A stretch of 43,596 bases of DNA. It comes from Candidatus Thorarchaeota archaeon (GTDB taxonomy: Archaea; Asgardarchaeota; Thorarchaeia; Thorarchaeales; Thorarchaeaceae). The notes under the pieces were generated by a model. It had not been told where the DNA came from and did not search any database. It saw nothing but the letters and a program-made list of their open reading frames with translations. The DNA lies in NCBI GenBank assembly GCA_048884785.1, contig JBHLQM010000024.1, positions 1-43,596 on the forward strand. The letters are read 5' to 3'. Below are positions 16,294 through 26,088 of the stretch, piece after piece. Position 1 is the first letter of the stretch. Every line of letters starts with the position of its first letter. A program made the translations under genes and the position numbers.

Positions 16294-17289
16294 CTACCTT
16301 TCGATTCGCAATCCACGTCCTTTTCCTTTCATTAGTTTCTCAACCTCATCTTTATCGACAAAAGTGAGGTCGCCAGGAACAGAATGCTTGAGTGCAGAGA
16401 AAGCAGCAGCAAAGTCTACAGCCTTTTGTAGGTCGTTTTCTTTCAGTAGCCCGTAAATGAAACCTGCACTACATGAATCACCTGCTCCGAGTCTGTCCAC
16501 AATCTCAATATCATATTGGGGACTTTTGTAAATGGTTCCTTTTGAATAGGCGAATACAGACCACTTGTTCTGCCAAACTGATGGTGTTTCGCGGAGAGTA
16601 ATTACCACAATCTCGAATCCAAATTTGTCTACTAACTTCTCGGCGACTTCCTCATAGCTCGATCCCTCTAAACCATATACCACTTTAGTGTCTTCTTCGG
16701 TGGTTATGAGTACATCGATATATTCTGATGCTGGCTCAGTAAAACGATTTGCTTGTTGAGGAGTCCATAGCTTGCCTCGATAATTGACATCGTACGAAAC
16801 CTTGCATCCGTGTGCCTTTGCACTCTGCAAGGCTTCCATGGTTGTTTCAGCACAAGATTCGCCAAGAGCTGGAGTTATCCCACTTGTGTGAAATAGATTC
16901 GAACCACCAAACAATGAAGGCCAATTCATCTCTCCTGGTTTTATTGTGCTTATTGCAGATTGCTTCCGATCATAGATTACCCTGTTCGCCCTGGGAGCTG
17001 CTCCGAATTCCACAAAATAGACGCCACAACGATTTTCGGGGTCCCACAAGATATGAGATGTGTCGACTCCATGCATTCTGGCCTGATTTCGAATAAAATG
17101 CCCAATGGAGTTGTCGCCAAGCTTTGTTGCATATGCGGTCTTCAACCCAAGCCTTGAACATGCAACAGCAACATTCATCTCTGCCCCACCTGCATTGGCG
17201 TTGTAGCTATGAGTCTGTTCAAACCTCATAAAATCTGGAGGAGAGAGCCTCAACATCACTTCTCCAAAAGTAACTACATCATATCCCAC
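16294..17289 (-). CDS. kdgK: 2-keto-3-deoxygluconate kinase (PfkB family)
   Basis: FGEVMLRLSPP, GGAEMNVA, VIYDR, SGITPAL, DVNYRGKLW, IVDRLGAGDS, ALKHSVPGD; adjacent to eda. Confidence 0.9.
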   Translation of the reverse strand: MGYDVVTFGEVMLRLSPPDFMRFEQTHSYNANAGGAEMNVAVACSRLGLKTAYATKLGDNSIGHFIRNQARMHGVDTSHILWDPENRCGVYFVEFGAAPRANRVIYDRKQSAISTIKPGEMNWPSLFGGSNLFHTSGITPALGESCAETTMEALQSAKAHGCKVSYDVNYRGKLWTPQQANRFTEPASEYIDVLITTEEDTKVVYGLEGSSYEEVAEKLVDKFGFEIVVITLRETPSVWQNKWSVFAYSKGTIYKSPQYDIEIVDRLGAGDSCSAGFIYGLLKENDLQKAVDFAAAFSALKHSVPGDLTFVDKDEVEKLMKGKGRGLRIER

Positions 17290-17380
17290 TCTGAGTCACA
17301 CACCTACTCAAACACTTGACTGTTTGATGATTATTCTTAAGATAATGTTAAACCTGTCGAAGTGGTCTATGCATTAGGCT

Positions 17381-19750
17381 CTAGAGACTGCCTGATGTGA
17401 ACTCTGTTCTGGCGATAACTTCGTCTTGCACAAAGGGATCAAGTTCAATGAAATAGGCACTGTAGCCTGCTACTCTTACAATTAGGTTTCTATGTTTAGA
17501 TGGATTGACTTTCGCATCCTCCAAAACCTCTCTGGAGACCACATTGAATTGAACATGAAGTCCACCCATTCTGAAGTATGCATCAATCAGCCCAAGGAAC
17601 TTCTTTCTGCTCGAAGCCGTGCTAAACATGTCTGGTGAGAATTTCATATTGTATAATGTTCCGTTGTAGCACAGAGAATGATCCAAACGTGAAACAGACT
17701 TCATCGCAGCGGTTGGACCGTTGGTATCTCTATTCTGTGTTGGGGAAACACCATCAGATAGCATGACGCCTGCCTTCCTGCCGTCTGGCGTTGCGCCTAA
17801 TACCTCTCCTTGTGGGATATACATTGATACCGAAAACAATGCACCATGGTAGGGTCCATCACGAGTAGTCATCCTCGATTGAATTGCATTGCAGAATGCC
17901 CGGCCTGAATCCCTTGCAAGAAAATCTACCTCTTCAATGTCATTACCATATTTCTCAGGATCATTACTTAGTTTCACTCTGAGTTCTTCAAAACCATCGA
18001 AATTACTGGCCAGGGCATCAAGAAGCATTTCCATTTTTATTTCTCTCTTATTGAATACAAACTTCCGTATGGCTGAGAGTGAGTCCGCAACTATGGCAAT
18101 GCCAACTCCCATAATTCCCCCAGAATTGTAGACTGCGCCACCTTCTTGCATTGTTAAGCCCTTTGCAAGGCATCCTTCAAGAAGTGAGGAAATGAAAGGA
18201 GTAGGCTTGTATTCTGCAAGAACATTTGCGGCAATTCTATCTGCACGTGTTAGCAGCTCAATGGAATAGTCAATCTGTTCTTGGAATGCTTTCCAAAGCT
18301 GATCAAATTTCGTAAATGTCCTCGGGTCTCCAGTACGTTTTCCTACTACCTCACCGGTTTTTGGGTCTCTACCATTATTTAGAGTAATTTCCAGAATCTT
18401 TGGGATGTTGACATAGCCAATATTGGGCCGAGGATCAGATTTTCCTGCGATGATAGGTTCGACACAACCAAGGATTGAATAATCATATACTTCACTCTCA
18501 TGCGTTCCCTTTTGATGCATCATTGGCATTATTATATCATCATTGAAAATCCCAGGCATTCCCAACCCGTTGGATACAACATCAATGACCTGAAGCTTGT
18601 ATTTTTCAGGTGTTCTTTTGTGCCACCTGAATGATACAGTAGGCTGAGTCACCCGAATATTTTTTGTCGCTTGCAGTACTAATTCGGTTAATTCATTAGA
18701 AACGTCATTTCCGTCCTTATCTTGTCCTCCAATAGTAAGATTCTGGAACATTGGATGACCTGCGAAAGCAACACTATAGTATTCATTTCGGATTTTGATA
18801 AGAGACGTGAATTTCACCCAAAGCAGTTCCAACAATTCAGTCGCTTTTGATTTCGTCAGGATCCCTTGCTCAATATCTCTGGCATAGTAGGGGTACATGT
18901 ATTGGTCAAAACGACCAGTAGATATTGAATGACCATTTGATTCTGTTTGCACCAGCAGGTGAATAAACCAGAAAGACTGTAATGCTTCTTGGAAAGTGCC
19001 AGCAGGGTATTCAGGGACTTTTCTGCAGATCCTAGAAATTTCATTCAGCTCAGCTTTCCTTGAGGGTTCACTTTCCTCTTTAGCTAGCTTTTGGGCAAGC
19101 TCACCGAATCTATTTGCAAATCTGACAGCGGCACGCAATTGGATTTCTGCAGCATCATAAAACATCAGAGTCTTAATATCAGAGGAACTCCTTAGGTCGG
19201 CAATATTATTCAGAATCCCAATTATCCCATGATGCAGTACCTCTTCATAATCTACAATCACATGCCCGATTCCCGTTCCAGGAGCTCCAATTGTAAAAAG
19301 GCCCGCTTTTGACGCAGCGACTGATTCTCTTGGCATCTTTGTTTCTGCAATCTCAGCAGTGCTATTGCTTTTCCAGTACGCAAATACATTACGAAGGGCG
19401 GTTTTGTCTCTTTCAGAAATAGCAAATTTCTCAGTCCGTCTTCTACTGAATCTATCAAGCTCATTTTCTATCCACTGCCAACTATATTCAGGAAAAACTT
19501 GGCAGGACCTCGGAGTCGGACCCATATTGCCTACGATGATTTCCCCTGGTTCAATTCGGATTTTCATATTGTCCAGCACATGTGCAAAGGCTCCAGCTAA
19601 TTTCAAGATCATAGGTTCCGATTCATGTTCTTTCATATAATCAGTGAACAGAACAGCCCTTTCAGAAGATATGGTTGGTTCTGAATCAAGCATATGCATT
19701 TTCAGAGATACAGAACGGGATGTCATCTTCAGACACTTCACAAAATCCAT
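17381..19750 (-). CDS. Glycyl radical enzyme, PFL-like/diol-dehydratase (eliminase) class
   Basis: GCVEP thiyl loop (single Cys), RVAGYSAYF glycyl loop, ESNGHSISTGRFDQYMYPY, FQNLTIGGQ, GATPDGR. Confidence 0.93.
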   Translation of the reverse strand: MDFVKCLKMTSRSVSLKMHMLDSEPTISSERAVLFTDYMKEHESEPMILKLAGAFAHVLDNMKIRIEPGEIIVGNMGPTPRSCQVFPEYSWQWIENELDRFSRRRTEKFAISERDKTALRNVFAYWKSNSTAEIAETKMPRESVAASKAGLFTIGAPGTGIGHVIVDYEEVLHHGIIGILNNIADLRSSSDIKTLMFYDAAEIQLRAAVRFANRFGELAQKLAKEESEPSRKAELNEISRICRKVPEYPAGTFQEALQSFWFIHLLVQTESNGHSISTGRFDQYMYPYYARDIEQGILTKSKATELLELLWVKFTSLIKIRNEYYSVAFAGHPMFQNLTIGGQDKDGNDVSNELTELVLQATKNIRVTQPTVSFRWHKRTPEKYKLQVIDVVSNGLGMPGIFNDDIIMPMMHQKGTHESEVYDYSILGCVEPIIAGKSDPRPNIGYVNIPKILEITLNNGRDPKTGEVVGKRTGDPRTFTKFDQLWKAFQEQIDYSIELLTRADRIAANVLAEYKPTPFISSLLEGCLAKGLTMQEGGAVYNSGGIMGVGIAIVADSLSAIRKFVFNKREIKMEMLLDALASNFDGFEELRVKLSNDPEKYGNDIEEVDFLARDSGRAFCNAIQSRMTTRDGPYHGALFSVSMYIPQGEVLGATPDGRKAGVMLSDGVSPTQNRDTNGPTAAMKSVSRLDHSLCYNGTLYNMKFSPDMFSTASSRKKFLGLIDAYFRMGGLHVQFNVVSREVLEDAKVNPSKHRNLIVRVAGYSAYFIELDPFVQDEVIARTEFTSGSL

Positions 19751-19773
19751 TGATTACTCTTGCCATTGGTATA

Positions 19774-20937
19774 CTATTTCGGTAAAAGCTTTGGAACAAA
19801 TGAATCCAGTCTTTGCAATGCTTCTTCAATTCTTGATGTTGAAACTGCATAGCACAATCGGAGGAATCCTTCTCCATATTTCCCGAATGCACTTCCGTGA
19901 ACTGTGACGACATTTGTGTTTTCCAGAATCTTCATCACTAAGTCGTAGGATTTCATCTTATACGCAGAAACATCTGGGAACGCATAGAATGCTCCTCCTG
20001 GAGGATCCAATTCAAATCCTTCTATATCGTTCAATCCTTTCGTGATCAAGTCCCTCCTTTTCCTGAATGTTGCAAGCATGTCTTTAACACAGTCTTGAGG
20101 ACCAGTGACCGCGGCTTCTGCAGCCTTTTGCGCTATCGAAGTTGGATTTGCAAGTAAATGCTCCTGTAATTTTACCATTGCCTGCATAATCTCAGGGGGC
20201 GCAGTTAAAGCCCCTATTCTCCATCCTGTCATGGCGTAGGTTTTGGAGAGTGAGAAAATCGAGATGACTCTCTCTTTCATACCAGATAATGCGCCAATGA
20301 ATTTGGGATGTTCATTGTCATACCTGAATTGCTCGTATGCTTCATCTGAGAGAATATAGAAATCGTGTTCAATAGCTAACTCTGCGATTTTCCTGAGTTC
20401 TTTATTGGAGATTACTCCTCCTGTTGGATTATTTGGGCTATTTATTACAAGGAGCTTGGTTTTATCCGTGACTAGCTTCTCAACTCCATCTGCAGTAACA
20501 CCAAACTTGTTCTTTCTCTTAAGTTGAATTGGTACTGGGATGCCATCTGCAAGTTTAATGTGGGCATAATGACTCACAAACCCAGGATCTGGGTAAATTA
20601 CTTCATCGCCAGGATTCACAATGACTAAATTCGCTAGGACGAGTGCACCCATACCTCCTGCGGTCATCATTATTTCAGTTGTGGGATCTGCATCAATCCC
20701 ATTATCTCTCTTCAGTTTGACTGCCACAGCTTCTCGAGTTTCAATAAACCCTGCATTGTGAGTATATCGTGTGTAGCCTTCATCAATTGCCCGTTTTGCG
20801 GCATCTTTGATAAATTCAGGAGTGTCAAAATCAGGTACTCCAACAGTCATATCAAATACATCTTTTCGACCAATGATCATGTTGTAGATTTTTCTAATCT
20901 CACTCGCAGGTACGTATTTGTTTCTCTCAGCTAGCAT
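19774..20937 (-). CDS. PLP-dependent class I/II aminotransferase
   Basis: GVPDF, INSPNNPTG, SDEAYE, SLSKTYAMTGWRIG, GAFYAF; ATG 20937 preferred. Confidence 0.93.
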   Translation of the reverse strand: MLAERNKYVPASEIRKIYNMIIGRKDVFDMTVGVPDFDTPEFIKDAAKRAIDEGYTRYTHNAGFIETREAVAVKLKRDNGIDADPTTEIMMTAGGMGALVLANLVIVNPGDEVIYPDPGFVSHYAHIKLADGIPVPIQLKRKNKFGVTADGVEKLVTDKTKLLVINSPNNPTGGVISNKELRKIAELAIEHDFYILSDEAYEQFRYDNEHPKFIGALSGMKERVISIFSLSKTYAMTGWRIGALTAPPEIMQAMVKLQEHLLANPTSIAQKAAEAAVTGPQDCVKDMLATFRKRRDLITKGLNDIEGFELDPPGGAFYAFPDVSAYKMKSYDLVMKILENTNVVTVHGSAFGKYGEGFLRLCYAVSTSRIEEALQRLDSFVPKLLPK

Positions 20938-21053
20938 GGTGTTCTGCCCTGCTTGCACTGCATGCTATCAAAGATATATACCCTAGGAATGGTACCAATA
21001 GTTAAGTAGATAGGACATTTAAGGTAGTGAGTTTAAGTGCCTATTGGAGTCGC

Positions 21054-21533
21054 ATGGAGATGCCCCAACCAACTGCTGATGACGTTCGGAAAAGCAGCAT
21101 GGCTACTCTGGCCAGTGCACATGCTGTCTATGTGGAAGCTGCAAGAAAGCTTGCCGGACAAGATGGCCTAGAAGCTGTGGGAGAAGCCAACCGTATTCAT
21201 GGTTTGGAACTCGGAAAAGCTGCTATTGTATCCGGAGGACTTCGTCCTGGGGACTTGCGATCAATCTATGAGTTCTTTATCGGTGCACATCCGTATTTTG
21301 GATTTGAGATTGAGCTGCTTGCAGACCGACCTGACGAAATGGAAATGAAGGTGACCTACTGTCCTTGGATTGATACATTTAGGGAAAAAAATGCGCAGAA
21401 GGATATATGCGAGTGGGTATGCAAAATGGATGAAGGCATAGGGCAGGCAGTTGCTCCAGATATTAGAATGACGCTACCAAAATGCATGATGAGGGGAGAT
21501 TCCTATTGCATCTATCGATATTCAAGGGATTGA
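21054..21533 (+). CDS. L-2-amino-thiazoline-4-carboxylate hydrolase-like (V4R-related, Cys-liganded) protein
   Basis: VTYCPW...ICEWVCKMD...CMMRGDSYCIYRY. Confidence 0.75.
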   Translation: MEMPQPTADDVRKSSMATLASAHAVYVEAARKLAGQDGLEAVGEANRIHGLELGKAAIVSGGLRPGDLRSIYEFFIGAHPYFGFEIELLADRPDEMEMKVTYCPWIDTFREKNAQKDICEWVCKMDEGIGQAVAPDIRMTLPKCMMRGDSYCIYRYSRD

Positions 21534-21534
21534 G

Positions 21535-22209
21535 GTGAAGATAAAGATGAACAGAGATAAGATCATTGAGCGTACGCTCAAGTTGTATGTTGCCGCTGTT
21601 TCCGATGCGGCTGACGCTATTGGAATTGGACGTGTTTGTATGGATTCCGGAATTCGTCCACTCACAAAAAACGACAGATTAGCAGGATTTGCCAGAACTG
21701 GAAAGCTCGTAAAATCTCCAGTTTCTCTACCGTATGATGAAAAGCAACTTGACACATTCATGAGTATGGCAACAGATGCAAAGCATGGAGATATCATAAC
21801 CATCAATGCTGGTGGGGCCCTTGACTGCTCTGCTTGGGGCCAAGTTCTAACAAGAATAGGTTTGTCAATTGGTGTACGAGGTGCCGTCGTTGATGGTACG
21901 TCGAGAGACATTCTAGATATTGATAAACTGCATTTTCCTGTATTCGCAAGAGGAAGGCATCCGGGGACAATGAGGGGAAGGATGGACATGGAATCCGTTG
22001 GTGAGCCCATTACTTGCGGCGGAGTAACTGTAAACCCTGGTGACTTCATATTTGCTGACGGCGATGGCGTTGTAGTTGTTCCAATTGCTCGAATTGAACA
22101 GGTACTTTCTGCCGCTGAAGAGGTAGTTTCAACAGATAGCTGGTGGGAGAAAAAACTAGAGGAAGGAAAGAATCCGCACGATCTTCACAAGGAACGTCCT
22201 ATTCCCTAA
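21535..22209 (+). CDS. RraA/HMG-aldolase family protein
   Basis: VSDAAD, AWGQVL, GAVVDGTSRD, FPVFARG, VTVNPGDFIFADGDGVVVVP. Confidence 0.9.
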   Translation: MKIKMNRDKIIERTLKLYVAAVSDAADAIGIGRVCMDSGIRPLTKNDRLAGFARTGKLVKSPVSLPYDEKQLDTFMSMATDAKHGDIITINAGGALDCSAWGQVLTRIGLSIGVRGAVVDGTSRDILDIDKLHFPVFARGRHPGTMRGRMDMESVGEPITCGGVTVNPGDFIFADGDGVVVVPIARIEQVLSAAEEVVSTDSWWEKKLEEGKNPHDLHKERPIP

Positions 22210-23336
22210 TGAGCGATGGGATATCTTCCTTTCTTCTCAGCATAATCGAACAATTCGACCACCTTCTCAGGAGGTGATTCAGGTTGAAGATTGTGTGCTG
22301 GAGCTAGTATATAACCACCATTAGGGGCGAGGGCTCTAATCCTTGTATCTACCTCGTTTCTTACTTCCTGCAAGGTACTATCCGGAGTCATGGCATGCTG
22401 TAAATCAATACCTCCGTGGAAAGTAAGCCTATCCCCATATCTTTCTTTTAGTAGGAAGGAATCCATCCCTTTCGCAAGAGGCTGAATAGGGTTCAGGATA
22501 TCCACCTCAACTTCAATTAGGTCTTCAATCATTGGTTCAATTGCACCACAACTGTGGTAGAGTATTTTCACTCCAGGAGCGCGTTTATGAATATCACCAT
22601 ATATTTTCTTGTGCATATGCTTTATTTTTTCCCGATACATCTTTGGGCTCATGAGGAGACCGTGCTGATGGCCTAGATCGTCCCCAACTTGAACAATGTC
22701 TAGAAAGTCTCCAACTCCATCAAGCAGAATCCCGTTCATATCCAGAGCCAAATCCATGGATTTCCTCATCATTGCATTGGCAAGATCAGGCCTTTTCATC
22801 ATATCCAAAAGGAATTGCTGAAAACCTCTCAAATAGTGGGCAACTATCTCAAATACACCCCATGGTCCTCCAACCATCCCGACAACCGCATAATCTGTTT
22901 CTTCGTGAAGGTATTTGGCCCATTCAACAACTCCCTCCATACGGGACGGATCTTCTGGATCTGGCCATTCATATTCGAGAACCTGCTCAACTTCTGTGAA
23001 TTCAGCCCAAGGATAATGCGTGATTTCCCAGTATGGTCCCATCCACTTACCGCGGAATCCGAATTCGGAATCAGTTGTCCCATCGGGGTATGTCTTCTCT
23101 TTGAAGCTTGCTGCGGGATTCATGTATACTCTTCTGAAGTCAATATGCAGCCTTCTAAGAAACTCCTCAGACACTTTCAATGGAGCCATTATACCCCACT
23201 CCTGATTCTCTTTTGCAGATATGCCTAGGTAGTCTCTGGTTCTTTCATAAGCCGCTGGTGTTGCCCATATGTCTATAGGAACTCTATCAGGTTCTTCGTG
23301 AGTTACAGCCTTGTGAAACCTTTCTCGGGGCTTCAT
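22206..23336 (-). CDS. Uroporphyrinogen decarboxylase/MtaA-CmuA family protein
   Basis: MKPRERF...EPDRVP, GDDLGHQHGLLMSP, YHSCG, DILNPIQ, FHGGID, GGYILAPAHN. Confidence 0.9.
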   Translation of the reverse strand: MKPRERFHKAVTHEEPDRVPIDIWATPAAYERTRDYLGISAKENQEWGIMAPLKVSEEFLRRLHIDFRRVYMNPAASFKEKTYPDGTTDSEFGFRGKWMGPYWEITHYPWAEFTEVEQVLEYEWPDPEDPSRMEGVVEWAKYLHEETDYAVVGMVGGPWGVFEIVAHYLRGFQQFLLDMMKRPDLANAMMRKSMDLALDMNGILLDGVGDFLDIVQVGDDLGHQHGLLMSPKMYREKIKHMHKKIYGDIHKRAPGVKILYHSCGAIEPMIEDLIEVEVDILNPIQPLAKGMDSFLLKERYGDRLTFHGGIDLQHAMTPDSTLQEVRNEVDTRIRALAPNGGYILAPAHNLQPESPPEKVVELFDYAEKKGRYPIAH

Positions 23337-23477
23337 ACTAACGCTTCTGAACAAAGCTGTATTAAAGTCGTTTGTCAATGACTTCTAAAGTCAAGTTAAG
23401 TTTCAACCGGAGTGTTTAATTAACGCATAGAGCCCTTAATTTGAATTGTTATCGATTGAAGGAGTGTCTATCTATCG

Positions 23478-24860
23478 ATGGTTGATGTGCCCAAGATAAC
23501 TCGTCTCCTCTCGGAGGCCTTGGCCCCAGAACGAGTATCAGACAAGGATTTTGATATCATTCCGTATACACGAGACCTCAGTCCTGCAAAGCAAAAATTT
23601 GCTTCACATGTAGTTTTACCTGAAAGCAAGGAGGAAATTCAGGCAATTCTGAAGATTGCCAACAAGCAAAATGTTCCTGTCTACATTAGGGGCGGTGGTA
23701 CTTCTCACTGGGACGCATACCTTGCTCAGGAGAGGGGAATTATGCTCGATATGGGATTGATGAACAAGATTCTTGATATCGATGAGCGAAACCTCACAGT
23801 CACAGTACAGCCCAACTGTACATGGTCAAAGCTGGACCGCGAACTCAGAAAGCGTGGCCTAACATATCTTTGCAGCGAAGCGGGTGGACCTGCAATGACA
23901 ATAGGAGGCTCAGTGATGAAAGCCGGAAGCGGACCACATTCAACAGCCAAATTTGGGTACCATGGTGACGGGGATGTTGTGACTCTTCAAATGGTGCTAC
24001 CGAATGGCGATATTTTGGAAACTGGTTCAGCAGCATGGCCCGGAGCTGGAAAATTCAAGCGTCAGTGCTTGGGACCTGATCTTGCAGGGATGTTCATTGG
24101 CGCTGAAGGAATTCTCGGCGTTTGTACTGAACTCACGATGAGAATAAGACCTGCCACTGATTTGAAAGAGAGAATGCTGACAGTAATGTCTAGTCTTGAT
24201 GACGTAATTGAATTCGGACACTTTATCAATAGACACGTAGGAGATGAATATCTGCAGGGCATTTATCTCTGGGTTGACCCATCCTCACCTGATAGCTTCA
24301 CTGTAATGATGGATCTTTTTGGTTATGAGAAAGAAATAATGGACCATCGAAAGAGTAGAATCCTTTCGTGGCTAAAGGACAAGAATTACCAATCCATGGA
24401 TCCCGGTCCGGCAAATGAGTATTTTGATAGAATCCTGACAGGTTTAACTGATCTTTTCATAACCGGTGTCTGGCACTTCTTTGGAGCTGGAACAATTGCA
24501 ATTGATCAAATCAAATTTCTGTACAGGGTATGGAAAGAAGAGGTCATTGGAAAACGCGGCTATACAAAGGCTGGCTTTGGAGGACAAGTTGTTCCTCGTT
24601 CTTGGTTGGCATTCATGGTTACCAACTATAAAGAACCAGAGGAATGGGACGAATTGGTAAAGATGGCTGATGAAATTAATGAGATATGCCATAACGGTCC
24701 GCTTGTACCATATGGGATTGGCGGAAGGGATGGTCTCAGGCCCTATTTTGCCAGCCATGATACAGGATACTATCGACTTCTGAAACTGCTGAAGAAGACA
24801 TTGGATCCCAAGAATATACTCCAGAGAGGTATTTTTATTCCAGAGGAGGAATTGAAATGA
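23478..24860 (+). CDS. FAD-binding oxidoreductase (GlcD/VAO family)
   Basis: VVLPESKEEIQAIL, IRGGGTS, TIGG, GAEGILGVCTE, LDPKNILQRG. Confidence 0.9.
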   Translation: MVDVPKITRLLSEALAPERVSDKDFDIIPYTRDLSPAKQKFASHVVLPESKEEIQAILKIANKQNVPVYIRGGGTSHWDAYLAQERGIMLDMGLMNKILDIDERNLTVTVQPNCTWSKLDRELRKRGLTYLCSEAGGPAMTIGGSVMKAGSGPHSTAKFGYHGDGDVVTLQMVLPNGDILETGSAAWPGAGKFKRQCLGPDLAGMFIGAEGILGVCTELTMRIRPATDLKERMLTVMSSLDDVIEFGHFINRHVGDEYLQGIYLWVDPSSPDSFTVMMDLFGYEKEIMDHRKSRILSWLKDKNYQSMDPGPANEYFDRILTGLTDLFITGVWHFFGAGTIAIDQIKFLYRVWKEEVIGKRGYTKAGFGGQVVPRSWLAFMVTNYKEPEEWDELVKMADEINEICHNGPLVPYGIGGRDGLRPYFASHDTGYYRLLKLLKKTLDPKNILQRGIFIPEEELK

Positions 24861-26053
24861 AAATCAAAGAATACTCCGAAATGATCTATGCATGTGGAAG
24901 ATGCAACTTCTGCAGAGGACAGGAATTCAATGAAAGGTGCCCAGAGATTTTCACTCAGCATTGGGAGTCTTCAACGGCTCGTGGCAGAATGGCAATTGCA
25001 CGTGGCATTTTCGAAGGGAAGATAGAGTATTCAGAGGAAATGGGTGAACGTATATTTGGCTGTTTCATGTGCGGCCGCTGTCGGGAAGAGTGCAAGAAGG
25101 CTGCCAAGATTGACGTTATGGCAATTACCAAAGCTATGCGTGAAGACTTTGTCATAAATCATATTCCCATTCCTAAAGATGGTGCTTCAATGGCTGAAAC
25201 CGCATATGAAAGCGGCAATATTTTTGCGGATGCACCTGAGGTTCACAGCAAATGGAGCGAGGGACTTACCTTTACCAAAGGTTCTGGTACACTCTTTTTC
25301 CCAGGTTGTCTGGCGAGTCACAGGTTCAAAGAAAAAACACGCATTCTTGTGCAAGTCCTACAGGCAGCCGGATACACTCTGGATTTTCTCGGAGAGAGTC
25401 AACATTGTTGCGGGACTCCATACTGGATAAGTGGCAAAATGGAGGGAGCCAAAAAATGGGCAAGTGACTACCTCAAGGAGCTTCAATCTAGAGGTGTCAA
25501 GGAGATCATAACTCCATGTCCAAGCTGTTTCAGGGCATTTGACGAAGAATATCCACATCTCTTAGGGTTGGAAAAATTGCCAATTCGCGTTCGGCATACC
25601 AGCGAAGTTCTCAATGAGGTTGTTGCTAAAAAGAAGCTCAAGCTGACAAAATCAGTGAACATAGTAGTTACCTACCATGACCCCTGTGAAATAGGCAGAT
25701 ATCGTGAAATATACGACGCTCCTAGAAATGTCTTGAAGGCAATCCCAGGAATTCAGTTCAAAGAGATGGATCGGATAAAACAGGATGCCTTTTGTTGTGG
25801 AGGCGGGGGTGGTGTAAAGATCATGTACCCTAATTACTCAGAAAAGGTGTCCAGCGAGCGCTTGGTTCAGATTCAAAATACTGGTGCAGGAGTTGTATCA
25901 ACAATATGCCCTGCCTGCGAAATGAATCTAACGCATGCAGTTTACCAAGCTGATGCCCCAATCAGGGTTCTGGATATAGCAGAACTACTTGCAGTGGCAG
26001 CGGGCATAGTTGATGAAGAAATCCTTGATCCCTATTATATCTCAGAAGACTAA
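24857..26053 (+). CDS. Fe-S oxidoreductase with 4Fe-4S and CCG domains (GlcF/HdrD-like)
   Basis: CGRCNFC...CP, CFMCGRCREEC, FPGC, HCCG, CPSC, YHDPC, FCCGGGGG, CPAC; ATGA overlap with the upstream gene. Confidence 0.92.
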   Translation: MKIKEYSEMIYACGRCNFCRGQEFNERCPEIFTQHWESSTARGRMAIARGIFEGKIEYSEEMGERIFGCFMCGRCREECKKAAKIDVMAITKAMREDFVINHIPIPKDGASMAETAYESGNIFADAPEVHSKWSEGLTFTKGSGTLFFPGCLASHRFKEKTRILVQVLQAAGYTLDFLGESQHCCGTPYWISGKMEGAKKWASDYLKELQSRGVKEIITPCPSCFRAFDEEYPHLLGLEKLPIRVRHTSEVLNEVVAKKKLKLTKSVNIVVTYHDPCEIGRYREIYDAPRNVLKAIPGIQFKEMDRIKQDAFCCGGGGGVKIMYPNYSEKVSSERLVQIQNTGAGVVSTICPACEMNLTHAVYQADAPIRVLDIAELLAVAAGIVDEEILDPYYISED

Positions 26054-26085
26054 GGAGGGAGTTCCCTCCTGTTTCTCCCTTTTTT
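26053..26085 (+). terminator. Hairpin plus T-tract terminator between convergent genes
   Basis: AGGAGGG-AGTT-CCCTCCT, then GTTTCTCCCTTTTTT. Confidence 0.75.
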
Positions 26086-26088
26086 AAA

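Noticed and set aside
17381-19750. Annotation as pyruvate formate-lyase or alkylsuccinate synthase
   Set aside because: It has a single-Cys GCVE loop with dehydratase-type His/Ser motifs, not the Cys-Cys of PFL, and no accessory subunit genes are nearby.
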